Shown in pieces: positions 17,185 through 25,938 of a stretch of DNA of 32,000 nt. The stretch is from Synechocystis sp. PCC 6803 substr. PCC-P. GTDB lineage: Bacteria > Cyanobacteriota > Cyanobacteriia > Cyanobacteriales > Microcystaceae. The position numbers and the translations under genes are program-made. The notes beneath the pieces are model-generated. The model was given only the letters and a program-made list of their open reading frames with translations. It was not told where the DNA came from and did no database searches. Each line of letters begins with the position of its first letter. Position 1 is the stretch's first letter. The DNA lies in contig NC_017039.1 in NCBI RefSeq assembly GCF_000284455.1, positions 2,010,001 to 2,042,000 on the forward strand. Reading direction: 5' to 3'.

Positions 17185-17772
17185 TTACCAAAAATCTTTA
17201 AGGGAGTAACCCAACCGTTGCAACAATGACCGCAGAATGGGCAAGCTCAGGCCAATCACGTTGCTGGAACAACCATCCAGTTTATTAATTAACATTCCCC
17301 CTTTGCCTTCCAGGGCAAACGCCCCAGCACATTGGAGGGGTTCCCCACTACCCACGTAGGCTTGGATGGTGTCGTCATCCACATCAGCAAAATGAACTTT
17401 GGTTAACCCCGTTTGGCACAGGCAACGGTTTTGGGTGCGGTCAATCAAGGCATGGCCCGTGTACAGTTCCCCCACCTGACCCCGCATGGTTTGCCAACGG
17501 GCGATCGCCACCGCGGGCGACTCTGGTTTACCGTAGGTTTGACCATTAACCAATAAAAGGGAATCACAGCCGAGGACGAGGGCATCAGCGAATTTACTGG
17601 CCACCGTTCCTGCTTTAGCCTTGGCCAGAGCTTCCACCAGGGCCACTGTGTTGTCGGCGGCTAAGGAAGATTCATCGAAATGGCTCACGGCCACTAGGGG
17701 GCTAATGCCGGCCATTTCCAGCAAACGTTTGCGGGCGGGGGAAGCAGAAGCAAGAACAAAAGTTGGAGGCAT
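17185..17772 (-). CDS. maf: Maf-family nucleoside triphosphate pyrophosphatase
   Basis: The sequences VLASASPARKRLLEMAGI ... GKP ... AGAFALEG are typical of Maf. It is 195 aa. Confidence 0.88.
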   Translation of the reverse strand: MPPTFVLASASPARKRLLEMAGISPLVAVSHFDESSLAADNTVALVEALAKAKAGTVASKFADALVLGCDSLLLVNGQTYGKPESPAVAIARWQTMRGQVGELYTGHALIDRTQNRCLCQTGLTKVHFADVDDDTIQAYVGSGEPLQCAGAFALEGKGGMLINKLDGCSSNVIGLSLPILRSLLQRLGYSLKDFW

Positions 17773-17925
17773 AATCGTTGTTTTTTAACACTCATTGTAC
17801 TACAAAGGCAATGCTCCCCGAGGGGGATAACCGGCCTGGCCAAAAGGGGGCGATGGGTTATGCTAGCTTCGTTAACACAGCCGTCCCTGAGCCAAGGACG
17901 GGGTTTTAGACCCAGTTTTTTTTTG

Positions 17926-19449
17926 ATGAAGCGAATTATCCTCGCCCTGTTGACGGTTATTTCCCTGGTGCCCTTTTTACTTTCCCTGGTGGGAAGCTTA
18001 GAAGAACCCCAAGTACAGTCTCAGCTACAACTTTCCCAAACCAATCTGTTGTTGCAAGCTTCGGCTTGGCAGGGGAAGGGGGAATCGGGAACATGGCGGG
18101 AAACCCTGCAAACAGCCCTATTGGAAAGTCAACCCCAACAGGGAGGGTTAAAACAGTACGAAATAGCAGTCCAGGAATTGACTGACTATCTAGACCGGCT
18201 CAAAAATCAACAGGCGACCCTGGAGACATCCCCCAATGTCAATCCGGCCCCAATCCAAGCAGTCATTGCCAAAAATCAAAAGACCCTAAACCAAATTCAA
18301 ATTAATTTGGGGTTGCTCCAATACGCTGAGAATCAGACGCAAAAATCCCTCGATACTTGGCAATCTGTAGTGAGCAACGGTGAGCCAAATGAGCAAGAAA
18401 TCGCCACCGTGCTGATTGCTCTACAACAAGCCGAACCCATCCCCTCCAATGCGGAAGCGGTTATTAATAGCCAATTAAAGGGATGGTTTCGTTGGCAGGG
18501 ACTGACCCAGCTTTATCGCCGCCAAGGTAATCTTGAAAGCCTCGATCAGGTTTGTGATACCCCCGCCTGTGGAGCGTTGCAAACAGAAGTGGAAAAGGCT
18601 AGCCAGCGGGCCCTGGTGAAATTAGCCCTACTCAACAGCTTGCCTTTGTTGGGAGGAGGCATCGGTGTTTTGCTGATGATTGGACTGTTATTGCAATGGG
18701 CTTTGGGTCGGGAAAAGGCAATTCTAGCTACTAACGCCAAAACCAGATGGGACACTCCCTGGAATTGGGAAACCACTTGGCAGGTGTTGGTGGTGGGTTT
18801 CTTTTTTCCCAGCCAGATTGTTTTGCCGTTGGTGGTGGGGGTGTTACCTCTGCCCATGGCGGATTTGTCATTGATGGGCAAAGCCTTCTACGTATTGGCC
18901 ACCTATGGGGCGATCGCCGCAGTGGGTTTGGGGTCTTTATTCGTCTCCCTAAAGGACTTTCGTCCCCTACCCCAGGATTGGTTTACCCTGCGTCCTAACT
19001 TCGGAGCCATTTTGTGGGGCTTGGGAGGCTACCTGGTGGCATTGCCATTGGTGGTGTTGGTGTCCTTAGTAAATCAAGAAATTTGGCAGGGCCAGGGGGG
19101 CAGTAATCCCTTGCTTTCCCTTGCTTTGGATTCCCAAAATTGGTTAGTGCTAGGAATTTTCTTTTTTACCGCTGCCGTTTTAGCGCCGGTGTTTGAAGAA
19201 ATTATCTTCCGGGGCTTTCTCCTACCAGCCCTAACCCGCTACTTTCCCGTTAGTGTAGCCATTATTCTCAGCAGTTTACTGTTTGCCATCGCCCATTTGA
19301 ATGTGTCGGAAATTTTACCTTTATTTGTTTTGGGCTCCATTCTCGGCCTTGTTTATAGCCGTTCCCGCAATCTTTTATCTTCGATGATTCTCCACAGTCT
19401 CTGGAATAGTGGAACATTGTTAAGCCTATTTATTTTGGGTGGCAGTTGA
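17926..19449 (+). CDS. CPBP-family (CAAX/Abi) intramembrane glutamic protease with a long N-terminal periplasmic/coiled region
   Basis: It has the CPBP motifs FEEIIFRGFLL, FAIAHL and ILHSLWN in the C-terminal polytopic part. The ATG at 17926 (MKRIILALL, signal-anchor-like) is preferred over 17860. Confidence 0.8.
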   Translation: MKRIILALLTVISLVPFLLSLVGSLEEPQVQSQLQLSQTNLLLQASAWQGKGESGTWRETLQTALLESQPQQGGLKQYEIAVQELTDYLDRLKNQQATLETSPNVNPAPIQAVIAKNQKTLNQIQINLGLLQYAENQTQKSLDTWQSVVSNGEPNEQEIATVLIALQQAEPIPSNAEAVINSQLKGWFRWQGLTQLYRRQGNLESLDQVCDTPACGALQTEVEKASQRALVKLALLNSLPLLGGGIGVLLMIGLLLQWALGREKAILATNAKTRWDTPWNWETTWQVLVVGFFFPSQIVLPLVVGVLPLPMADLSLMGKAFYVLATYGAIAAVGLGSLFVSLKDFRPLPQDWFTLRPNFGAILWGLGGYLVALPLVVLVSLVNQEIWQGQGGSNPLLSLALDSQNWLVLGIFFFTAAVLAPVFEEIIFRGFLLPALTRYFPVSVAIILSSLLFAIAHLNVSEILPLFVLGSILGLVYSRSRNLLSSMILHSLWNSGTLLSLFILGGS

Positions 19450-19561
19450 ATGCTGATAGTGCCCTGATTTTGAAAGTAAGATTCTAGAATGGTGCTGGCA
19501 GGCCGAATTTTCCTCTAGCCCCCTAACCTGTGGTGAGTCGCCAGTGGACTGGTGAGTTTTT

Positions 19562-20002
19562 ATGGACTGGCTTTTCTATTTGTTCTTAACAGCCGTTTTT
19601 TACGTTTACCGTTTAGTCAGCCTGAAATCGAGAACAGAGCAGGAACGCATCGGTTCAACGCCGGTGTTTTTCTCTACCCTCGGTTTTTTTGCCATTTTTG
19701 AATTTGTTTTTGCGGACTCTTTGTTTAGACTGCCACTATTTCATGTTTTAGGGCTAATTTTTTCCTTTATTTGTGCTTTTACCATTTATATTTACCTGCG
19801 GAATTTAAAAAAGGAGGTAGAAGTGATTTTCGAAAAATTAGTCAAACAAAGTCAGGGCAAAGTGAGCGTACTGACTTTTATGCAACGTACTAACATGACT
19901 AAAGATGAAGCCATGGATTACTTAGACGCCAAATTACGCCAGCTCCCTGGCATCACCTACGAAACCCTGGGCAATATTTATTATGAATTTGACCGTTGGT
20001 AA
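19562..20002 (+). CDS. Hypothetical low-GC protein: three predicted TM helices plus a soluble C-terminal domain of about 60 aa
   Basis: It is a 146-aa ORF. Sampled 60-nt lines give 33-35 percent G+C. It contains no HIP1 and I recognise no family. An internal in-frame GTG at 19823 is preceded by AAGGAGG. Confidence 0.5.
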   Translation: MDWLFYLFLTAVFYVYRLVSLKSRTEQERIGSTPVFFSTLGFFAIFEFVFADSLFRLPLFHVLGLIFSFICAFTIYIYLRNLKKEVEVIFEKLVKQSQGKVSVLTFMQRTNMTKDEAMDYLDAKLRQLPGITYETLGNIYYEFDRW

Positions 20003-20028
20003 GGGCTTCTGCGGTGGCCATCTAGACT

Positions 20029-21501
20029 TCAAGTCTGGGCCCAGGAACCGTGCAGGGGATAGGGAATGTGATGCTTTAACTTCAAAGTGGCGATCGCCGG
20101 AGCAGTAATGTCCTGAGCATCAAGAATCACTAGTTCGGAACGGTGCAAATCAGCTTTATAAATCAAGCAGAGCAACCAACCATCATCTTCAGCCACGCCA
20201 CCGGGTCGGGGCACAAAAATAGGTTCCCCGGCAAAACCATGGGGGGCAAAGGAACGTAGAGTTTCAGTGCCGGACTCTAGATCTACTTTGAGAATGGCCT
20301 GAAGGGGAGCATTGCCTGTGCTATGGTGTGCGGCTCCCATGTAAACATAGCGATATGGACGGCCAACCTGCTGGGGATGGACAACGGGAAACTCGCAACA
20401 ACGACTAACCATTAACTGTTTTTCCACCGTGGCTGCTGCGGGATCAATGGTGAAACGCCATAACTGTCCGGGATCTAAATTATCGAAATTCGTACTACGA
20501 AAATCCCCATCGGTGTCTACCTGGGGCAGGGAATTGTAACAAATGGAATCGAGGATTATTTTGCCATTTTCCTCAAAAGCGTTGGCATGGTGAAAAACAA
20601 AGCCTGCCTGTACCGGAATTCTTTTTATTTCTCCACCGTCCCTAGGAACGAGAATAATTTGAGCAGGTTTATCGGGATGAAATTGCACACATTCCCCTGC
20701 TCCTCGCAAACCGAAAAGGTAGGGTAACCCGTTGAGAGTAACGTTATTTTGCAGAAAAATGGCGTAATGGGGCGTGATCGCAAAATCATGAATAAAAGCA
20801 AAACCAGGAAAAGTTTCAGTTTTTTGCCGCAACAATTTACCCTGGGGGTCTAGCTCTAACAGGGTGAGGGTACTGCTCAAGCTGGATTTAATTGAAAAGG
20901 TCACATAGCAGGGTTGGCCCCCATCAAAAGTTGAAGCCGGATCAATGCGGGGATGGGCCGACAGGGGTTGCCCTTCCGCAAGAATGCCGCCCAAATCATC
21001 CAACCCAATGGTTGCTAAGTTTGATGGTTCCAAGCGATGGGGTTGTCCCCCTTCCCATAGGGCCAAGAGGCGATCGCCCCAGTAGGTAATGTTGGTGTTG
21101 GCAATGTTTTTTAGCCGTAAGTCAAAGATAGTTTTGAGCCAGCCCCCCGCCGGTTGGGAACCAAAGACGCCCCGATAGATCATTTTTCCCGCTTTTTGCT
21201 CTTCCACGTAACCCTGGGTGCGGACAAATTTGCTCTGGAAATGTACTCGACCGTCCCCAGGAAATTTAAAGGCTGTCACCATGCCGTCCCCGTCAAAGGG
21301 ATGCTTCAAAGGGCGATCGCCAATTTCCAATAATCCAGGGCCGTTGCGATAGAGCGTTCCCTGGAGGTCTGGGGGTATGCTCCCTTCCACGTCTTCGACC
21401 CAATAATCCCACTCCTGGGGCTGGGACTGGTAACCTCTCAGCCAATCCTGCGGACTGTAGGAGCGCTGCGATGGGGAACTGGTTGGGGGGGAAGTGACCA
21501 T
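20029..21501 (-). CDS. aco: Apocarotenoid-15,15'-oxygenase (carotenoid cleavage dioxygenase family, RPE65 fold)
   Basis: The sequence MVTSPPTSSPSQRSYSPQDW... matches my memory of Synechocystis ACO/Diox1 (sll1541, 490 aa). The His ligand contexts are present (LSAHPRID, FIHDF, FHHANAF, HHIPYPLHG). The ATG at 21501 is preferred over the TTG at 21507. Confidence 0.93.
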   Translation of the reverse strand: MVTSPPTSSPSQRSYSPQDWLRGYQSQPQEWDYWVEDVEGSIPPDLQGTLYRNGPGLLEIGDRPLKHPFDGDGMVTAFKFPGDGRVHFQSKFVRTQGYVEEQKAGKMIYRGVFGSQPAGGWLKTIFDLRLKNIANTNITYWGDRLLALWEGGQPHRLEPSNLATIGLDDLGGILAEGQPLSAHPRIDPASTFDGGQPCYVTFSIKSSLSSTLTLLELDPQGKLLRQKTETFPGFAFIHDFAITPHYAIFLQNNVTLNGLPYLFGLRGAGECVQFHPDKPAQIILVPRDGGEIKRIPVQAGFVFHHANAFEENGKIILDSICYNSLPQVDTDGDFRSTNFDNLDPGQLWRFTIDPAAATVEKQLMVSRCCEFPVVHPQQVGRPYRYVYMGAAHHSTGNAPLQAILKVDLESGTETLRSFAPHGFAGEPIFVPRPGGVAEDDGWLLCLIYKADLHRSELVILDAQDITAPAIATLKLKHHIPYPLHGSWAQT

Positions 21502-21518
21502 GGTCAATGGGGAAGTTT

Positions 21519-21536
21519 GTTACATTTCTTTACTTT
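21519..21536. promoter_or_regulatory. HLR1-like direct repeat (candidate RpaB binding site): GTTACATT-TC-TTTACTTT
   Basis: It matches the published HLR1 consensus (G/T)TTACA(T/A)(T/A)-N2-(G/T)TTACA(T/A)(T/A) with one mismatch in the second half-site. It lies in the aco/clpS divergent intergenic region. Candidate -10 boxes are TACAAT on the minus strand (21546-21541) and TAAAAT on the plus strand (21575-21580). Confidence 0.4.
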
Positions 21537-21628
21537 TACCATTGTAACGTTCTCCGCTCCGGGGAACTGGGGGTTAAAATCTATACGTAAAGAATCTGAA
21601 GTTTTTCCACTTTCGCCCAGGGAGGTAA

Positions 21629-21919
21629 ATGATGGCGACCGAAGTTTTAAACAAGCCCAGCAATAGCACAATCCGCAAACACGCCCCCCGTTACCGGGTC
21701 TTACTGCACAACGATGACTTCAACTCCATGGAGCATGTGGTGCAAACTTTGATCCAGACGGTGGCGGGCATGACCCAGCCCCAAGCGGTGGACATTATGA
21801 TGGAAGCCCACTTTAACGGCATGTCTTTGGTGATTACTTGTGAGTTGGAACACGCTGAGTTTTACTGTGAAACCCTGCGGAGTCACGGGCTGTCCAGCAC
21901 CATCGAACCGGACGAATAG
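21629..21919 (+). CDS. clpS: ATP-dependent Clp protease adaptor ClpS
   Basis: The sequence YRVLLHNDDFNSMEHVVQTLIQTV...AVDIMMEAHFNGMSLV is the canonical ClpS core. It is 96 aa. Confidence 0.92.
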   Translation: MMATEVLNKPSNSTIRKHAPRYRVLLHNDDFNSMEHVVQTLIQTVAGMTQPQAVDIMMEAHFNGMSLVITCELEHAEFYCETLRSHGLSSTIEPDE

Positions 21920-21978
21920 GCCCTAATTTTTTCTTGATGACAACGGTTGATCCGGTGGAACTTCAGCGGCGGAGGGCA

Positions 21979-23175
21979 TTAGACATCCGTAACTCGCCAA
22001 CTAAGTTTGAGGTTGAACCAAAAGTTCCAGAGGGTCACTAGGGCGATCGCCAGGGCGTTGGCTAGGTAGCGGTTGAAGTGGGAAAAGTTAAAGAAGAAAT
22101 TCAACAGCCCCAGGTTAATGCCCAGGCCAGCCCAGCAGATCAGGTTAAATTTGAGCAGACGTTTACTGACTTGGGAGGGACTATTTTGTCCCTGGGTTAG
22201 ATCTTGAAAAGTCCAACGGTCATTCCAAAAAAAGTTGTTCAGGATGGCTAACTGGGCGGCGATGATCTTACTGCGGCTCAGGGGCAGATCTCCCAGGGAT
22301 GGTTCCGTGAGGATAAATAAAATGGCCATGTCCACCGCCACTCCGGTTAGCCCCACCGCGCAAAATTGCAAAAACCGGGAGGAAAGGGACAACCTCAGTT
22401 TGCATAGATGCTGGAGATATTCCACATACTGTCGCCAAGTGACCTTGCTTTGCCCCGATCGCCGTTCTTGAAAAACGTAGCCGACCTCCGCCAACCAACG
22501 GATGCGCCCCCGGGCCGTCACTTCAATGAGGATTTTGTAACCCACTGGACTGAGGGGACAATCGGCGATCGCCTGACGCCTAACCAAGAAAAAACCACTC
22601 ATGGGGTCGGACAGACGGCCAATTACCTCCGGCAGAATTAATAAACCTAGCATCTGGGCCCCCCGGGAAAGTAGCCTTCGCACTAAACTCCATTGACTGA
22701 CCCCCCCTCCTGATTGATGACGACTAGCCACTGCCAAATCTGCCCCCCGCTCCATTTCCGCCAACAGGGCCAGCAAGACCTGGGGAGGATGCTGTAAATC
22801 TGCATCAATAACTCCTAAAAAATTTCCCCTAGCTTCTTGCCAACCTCGAATCACCGCCGTGGATAAACCTCGTCCTTCTGTTCTTCTAATTACTCGCAAT
22901 TGGGGATAGGTGTCGCTTAAGTTAAAAGCCTTTTGCCAAGTTAAATCGGGACTGTCATCGTCCACCACAATCAACTCATACTGTCCAGACCAACGGTTTT
23001 CCAACAGTTTCACCAGGGTAGTTACCATGGCTTGGATATTTTCCCCTTCGTTATAGGTGGGCAACACTAGGGAAAGGAAAATACCATCGGCCTCCCCCAG
23101 CTTGGGCACTGTTAGGGCAGTGGCTGGCGATGGCAGGGGAAAATAGACCATGGACAGGGGCAGAAAAATTGACAA
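21979..23175 (-). CDS. Family 2 glycosyltransferase (polyprenyl-phosphate glycosyltransferase-like) fused to a C-terminal GtrA-like membrane domain
   Basis: It has the GT2 motifs [25 protein letters not shown] and IDADLQHPP. The C-terminal 4 TM helices carry the GtrA-type [12 protein letters not shown] motif. An alternative start is at 23151. Confidence 0.85.
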   Translation of the reverse strand: MSIFLPLSMVYFPLPSPATALTVPKLGEADGIFLSLVLPTYNEGENIQAMVTTLVKLLENRWSGQYELIVVDDDSPDLTWQKAFNLSDTYPQLRVIRRTEGRGLSTAVIRGWQEARGNFLGVIDADLQHPPQVLLALLAEMERGADLAVASRHQSGGGVSQWSLVRRLLSRGAQMLGLLILPEVIGRLSDPMSGFFLVRRQAIADCPLSPVGYKILIEVTARGRIRWLAEVGYVFQERRSGQSKVTWRQYVEYLQHLCKLRLSLSSRFLQFCAVGLTGVAVDMAILFILTEPSLGDLPLSRSKIIAAQLAILNNFFWNDRWTFQDLTQGQNSPSQVSKRLLKFNLICWAGLGINLGLLNFFFNFSHFNRYLANALAIALVTLWNFWFNLKLSWRVTDV

Positions 23176-23321
23176 TAACCGTCCTAATTATGGCCTGTGA
23201 AAGGGCCAAGGGAAATTCCCCTCAGCTAAGGCTAGGTACAAGGGGAGCCCAACGAGTAAAATGCGATCGGGTTTTGAGCCCGTTTGGTTGTGACTCTTTT
23301 GTATTTCGTTGGAGAAAAATT

Positions 23322-23831
23322 GTGGATCTAAGCCGTATTCCTGCCCAGCCCAAAGCCGGTTTGATCAATGTGTTGATCGAAATTCCCGCAGGGAGCAAAA
23401 ATAAATACGAGTTCGACAAAGACATGAATTGCTTTGCCCTCGACCGGGTACTGTATTCCTCTGTGCAATATCCCTACGACTACGGTTTTATCCCCAACAC
23501 CCTGGCTGACGATGGCGATCCCCTCGATGGCATGGTGATTATGGACCAGCCCACTTTCCCCGGTTGCGTAATTACCGCCCGCCCCATTGGTATGTTGGAA
23601 ATGATTGACGGTGGCGATCGGGACGAAAAAATTCTTTGTGTTCCCGCCAAAGATCCCCGCTACACCTACGTTAAATCCATCAATGACCTGGCTGGGCACC
23701 GCTTGGATGAAATTGCCGAGTTCTTCCGCTCCTACAAAAATTTGGAGAAAAAGGTGACAGAAATTCTGGGCTGGAAAGATGTAGATGCAGTGCTGCCCTT
23801 GGTGGAAGAGTGCGTTAAGAACTACAAATAG
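23322..23831 (+). CDS. ppa: Inorganic pyrophosphatase (family I)
   Basis: The sequences [41 protein letters not shown] and DEKIL are canonical PPase. The start is set at GTG 23322, preceded by GGAG at 23311. The track's 23130 start would overlap the divergent GT2 gene. Confidence 0.92.
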   Translation: MDLSRIPAQPKAGLINVLIEIPAGSKNKYEFDKDMNCFALDRVLYSSVQYPYDYGFIPNTLADDGDPLDGMVIMDQPTFPGCVITARPIGMLEMIDGGDRDEKILCVPAKDPRYTYVKSINDLAGHRLDEIAEFFRSYKNLEKKVTEILGWKDVDAVLPLVEECVKNYK

Positions 23832-23879
23832 TAGTTGGGGTGGAGCTAACTGAACCGGTAAATCCTCTAAATTTTGTTT

Positions 23880-23950
23880 GCCCCCGGACTTCTTAATTTG
23901 GGGGGCTATGGGCTCAAATCGAGGGTCTTCCCCTGGCCCTAAAGCCCCCC
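23880..23950. repeat. G-run/C-run hairpin element related in style to the 401-515 and 12141-12255 repeats
   Basis: GCCCCC (23880-85) can pair with GGGGGC (23901-06). Alternatively, GGGGGGCT (23900-07) can pair with AGCCCCCC (23943-50). The two helices are mutually exclusive because they share one G run. Confidence 0.4.
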
Positions 23951-24094
23951 TCCTATTAGTTGATAGGGGCGATAAGACTTTTAAATATCTTCTTCAAACA
24001 AGGGTTTGGCTGGATTCTTGCCATTGCCTGGTGACCGACCCCGGACAAATTTGTTTAGAATTACTCTTGATCTCCAGAGGCTTAGCTAATTGCC

Positions 24095-24460
24095 ATGCTT
24101 GTTAAATCCACTACCCGCCACGTCCGTATTTTTAGCGCTGAAGTACAAGGTAATGAACTGATTCCCAGTAACAATGTCTTGACCATGGATGTGGACCCCG
24201 ATAACGAATTTGTTTGGAATGAAGATGCTCTCCAACAGGTTTATCGTCGCTTCGATGAGTTGGTGGAGTCCTACAGTGGTGAAGATTTAACTGACTACAA
24301 TTTACGGCGCATTGGCTCGGATTTGGAGCATTTTATCCGTGACCTGTTGCAAGCAGGTAAAGTTAGTTACAACCTAGATTGTCGGGTGTTGAATTACAGC
24401 ATGGGGCTGCCCAAGGTGGAAAATCAGGAAACTGCAGGAAAATATTGGCTGGATAACTAA
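24095..24460 (+). CDS. ndhM: NAD(P)H-quinone oxidoreductase (NDH-1) subunit M
   Basis: The sequence [43 protein letters not shown]...[18 protein letters not shown] matches the cyanobacterial and plastid NdhM family. It is 121 aa. Confidence 0.9.
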   Translation: MLVKSTTRHVRIFSAEVQGNELIPSNNVLTMDVDPDNEFVWNEDALQQVYRRFDELVESYSGEDLTDYNLRRIGSDLEHFIRDLLQAGKVSYNLDCRVLNYSMGLPKVENQETAGKYWLDN

Positions 24461-24558
24461 CTTGGTATCAATTGACCATAACTGGAGGGAGGCTTAACAC
24501 TGTGCTCGATCGCCATTGGCATAATCAAAATAATTGTCGGCCAAGCTATTGGTCCCAT

Positions 24559-25878
24559 GTGACCACTGTGCTGACGATATGTCTGCTGGCGATCGCCATG
24601 GGTTTAGGGGGTTGTCAATCTTTATCGGCATCGTCCCCGCCCCCCTTAATTAAAACTAGCGAACCAGTGCAGTTGGGCAACCTGCGGGAAGTATCTCCCC
24701 CCAAAACAATACAAGCCCTAGCCTCCAGCTTTAATCAATACCAACCCCAGGTAACAATCCTCTCCCCGGCCCCCGATACGGTGCTCAAAAAGACCACAGT
24801 GGCGGTGAAACTCCGGGCGGAAGACCTACCCCTGAACCAAAATGACACTGTTCCCCTGCGGGCCCATGTCCATCTAATTTTGGATAACGAACCCTATCGG
24901 GCGATTTATAACCTAGACCAACCCATTGTCCTAGAAGATTTGGAGCCGGGCACCCATACCCTGCGGGCCTTTCCTGTCCGCCCTTGGCACGAAAGCTATA
25001 AAAACGATGGGGCCTATGCCCAAGTTACTTTCCACGTTCTCACCAAAACCGACAGCAATAATCCAGACTCCGACCTACCCCTATTGACCTATAGCCGTCC
25101 CAAGGGAGACTATGGCGCTGAACCAATTCTTTTGGACTACTATTTAACCAACGCTCCCCTCCACATTGCAGCGACCAATGATGCTGACTTGAGCGATTGG
25201 CGCATCCGGGTCACTGTCAATGATGAAAGTTTTTTGGTGGACCAATGGCAACCCATTTACCTGGAAGGCTTTGAAACCGGGGAAAATTGGCTCAAATTGG
25301 AGTTCATTGACGAAGCGGGCAACCTAGTGGCTAACCGTTTTAACAACACAGTGCGGGTGATCAATTACCAACCTGATGGCCAGGATGCCTTTTCCCGTTT
25401 AATGCGAGGGGATGTGCCCTTAGCGGAAGCCTACACTATGGTCGGCTTGGACCGCCCCTTTGGAGTGGAGCCTGTGGAGGAAGCGGGAGAGCCGGAGCAA
25501 TTGGTGGAAACTGCGCCGGAACCTGCCATTCAAACGGAAGCAACGGAATCAGTTGAACTCGATCAACAGGTTGAAGTGGAGGAAACGGAAGTAGTAGTGG
25601 AAGAAGTTCCCCTTGCCGCTCCAAAGGAGACCATACAGGATTTGAACACTTCCCCAGAGGGCATTACAGAAGAAAATATTTCCGAGTCCCCCCCACAACT
25701 ATCCCCAGATATCCAACAGCCTGAAGCGGTGGAGGAACCGGAGTTAGTAGGGGAGACAGAAGAGGAAATACTGCAGACAATGGTAGAGGAAAAGGTGATT
25801 GAAGAAGAAATTACTGAGCTTCCGACAGCACCTTCAGAACCGTTGGATAAACTGACCCCTACTCCCTCAGATAGTTGA
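24559..25878 (+). CDS. Putative lipoprotein with two beta-sandwich-like domains and an acidic E/P/V-rich tail of about 140 aa
   Basis: A lipobox-type signal peptide is present (VTTVLTICLLAIAMGLGG-C) if GTG 24559 is the start; the track starts at 24472. The motif HVHLILDNEPY...LEPGTHTLRAF is reminiscent of DUF4399-type domains. The low-complexity tail runs from about 25440. Confidence 0.6.
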   Translation: MTTVLTICLLAIAMGLGGCQSLSASSPPPLIKTSEPVQLGNLREVSPPKTIQALASSFNQYQPQVTILSPAPDTVLKKTTVAVKLRAEDLPLNQNDTVPLRAHVHLILDNEPYRAIYNLDQPIVLEDLEPGTHTLRAFPVRPWHESYKNDGAYAQVTFHVLTKTDSNNPDSDLPLLTYSRPKGDYGAEPILLDYYLTNAPLHIAATNDADLSDWRIRVTVNDESFLVDQWQPIYLEGFETGENWLKLEFIDEAGNLVANRFNNTVRVINYQPDGQDAFSRLMRGDVPLAEAYTMVGLDRPFGVEPVEEAGEPEQLVETAPEPAIQTEATESVELDQQVEVEETEVVVEEVPLAAPKETIQDLNTSPEGITEENISESPPQLSPDIQQPEAVEEPELVGETEEEILQTMVEEKVIEEEITELPTAPSEPLDKLTPTPSDS

Positions 25879-25938
25879 GCAAGAATTACCAGCGCTATGG
25901 TTTCCCAGAGTATTGCTTGAGCCTGGGTGAATCAGCTT

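Noticed and set aside
23130-23321. The 64-codon N-terminal extension of the pyrophosphatase ORF, as given in the ORF track (23130 start)
   Set aside because: It would overlap the divergent GT2 gene's 5' end, and its composition is R/G/C-rich and non-protein-like. The conserved PPase core begins right after GTG 23322, which has a GGAG upstream and yields the expected ~170-aa enzyme.
23878-24105. A 75-aa plus-strand ORF in the ppa-ndhM spacer
   Set aside because: It starts with a non-ATG codon and lies on top of the G-run/C-run hairpin element. Its composition is G/P/L/C-rich, and its 3' end overlaps the ndhM start (24095). It is most likely non-coding.
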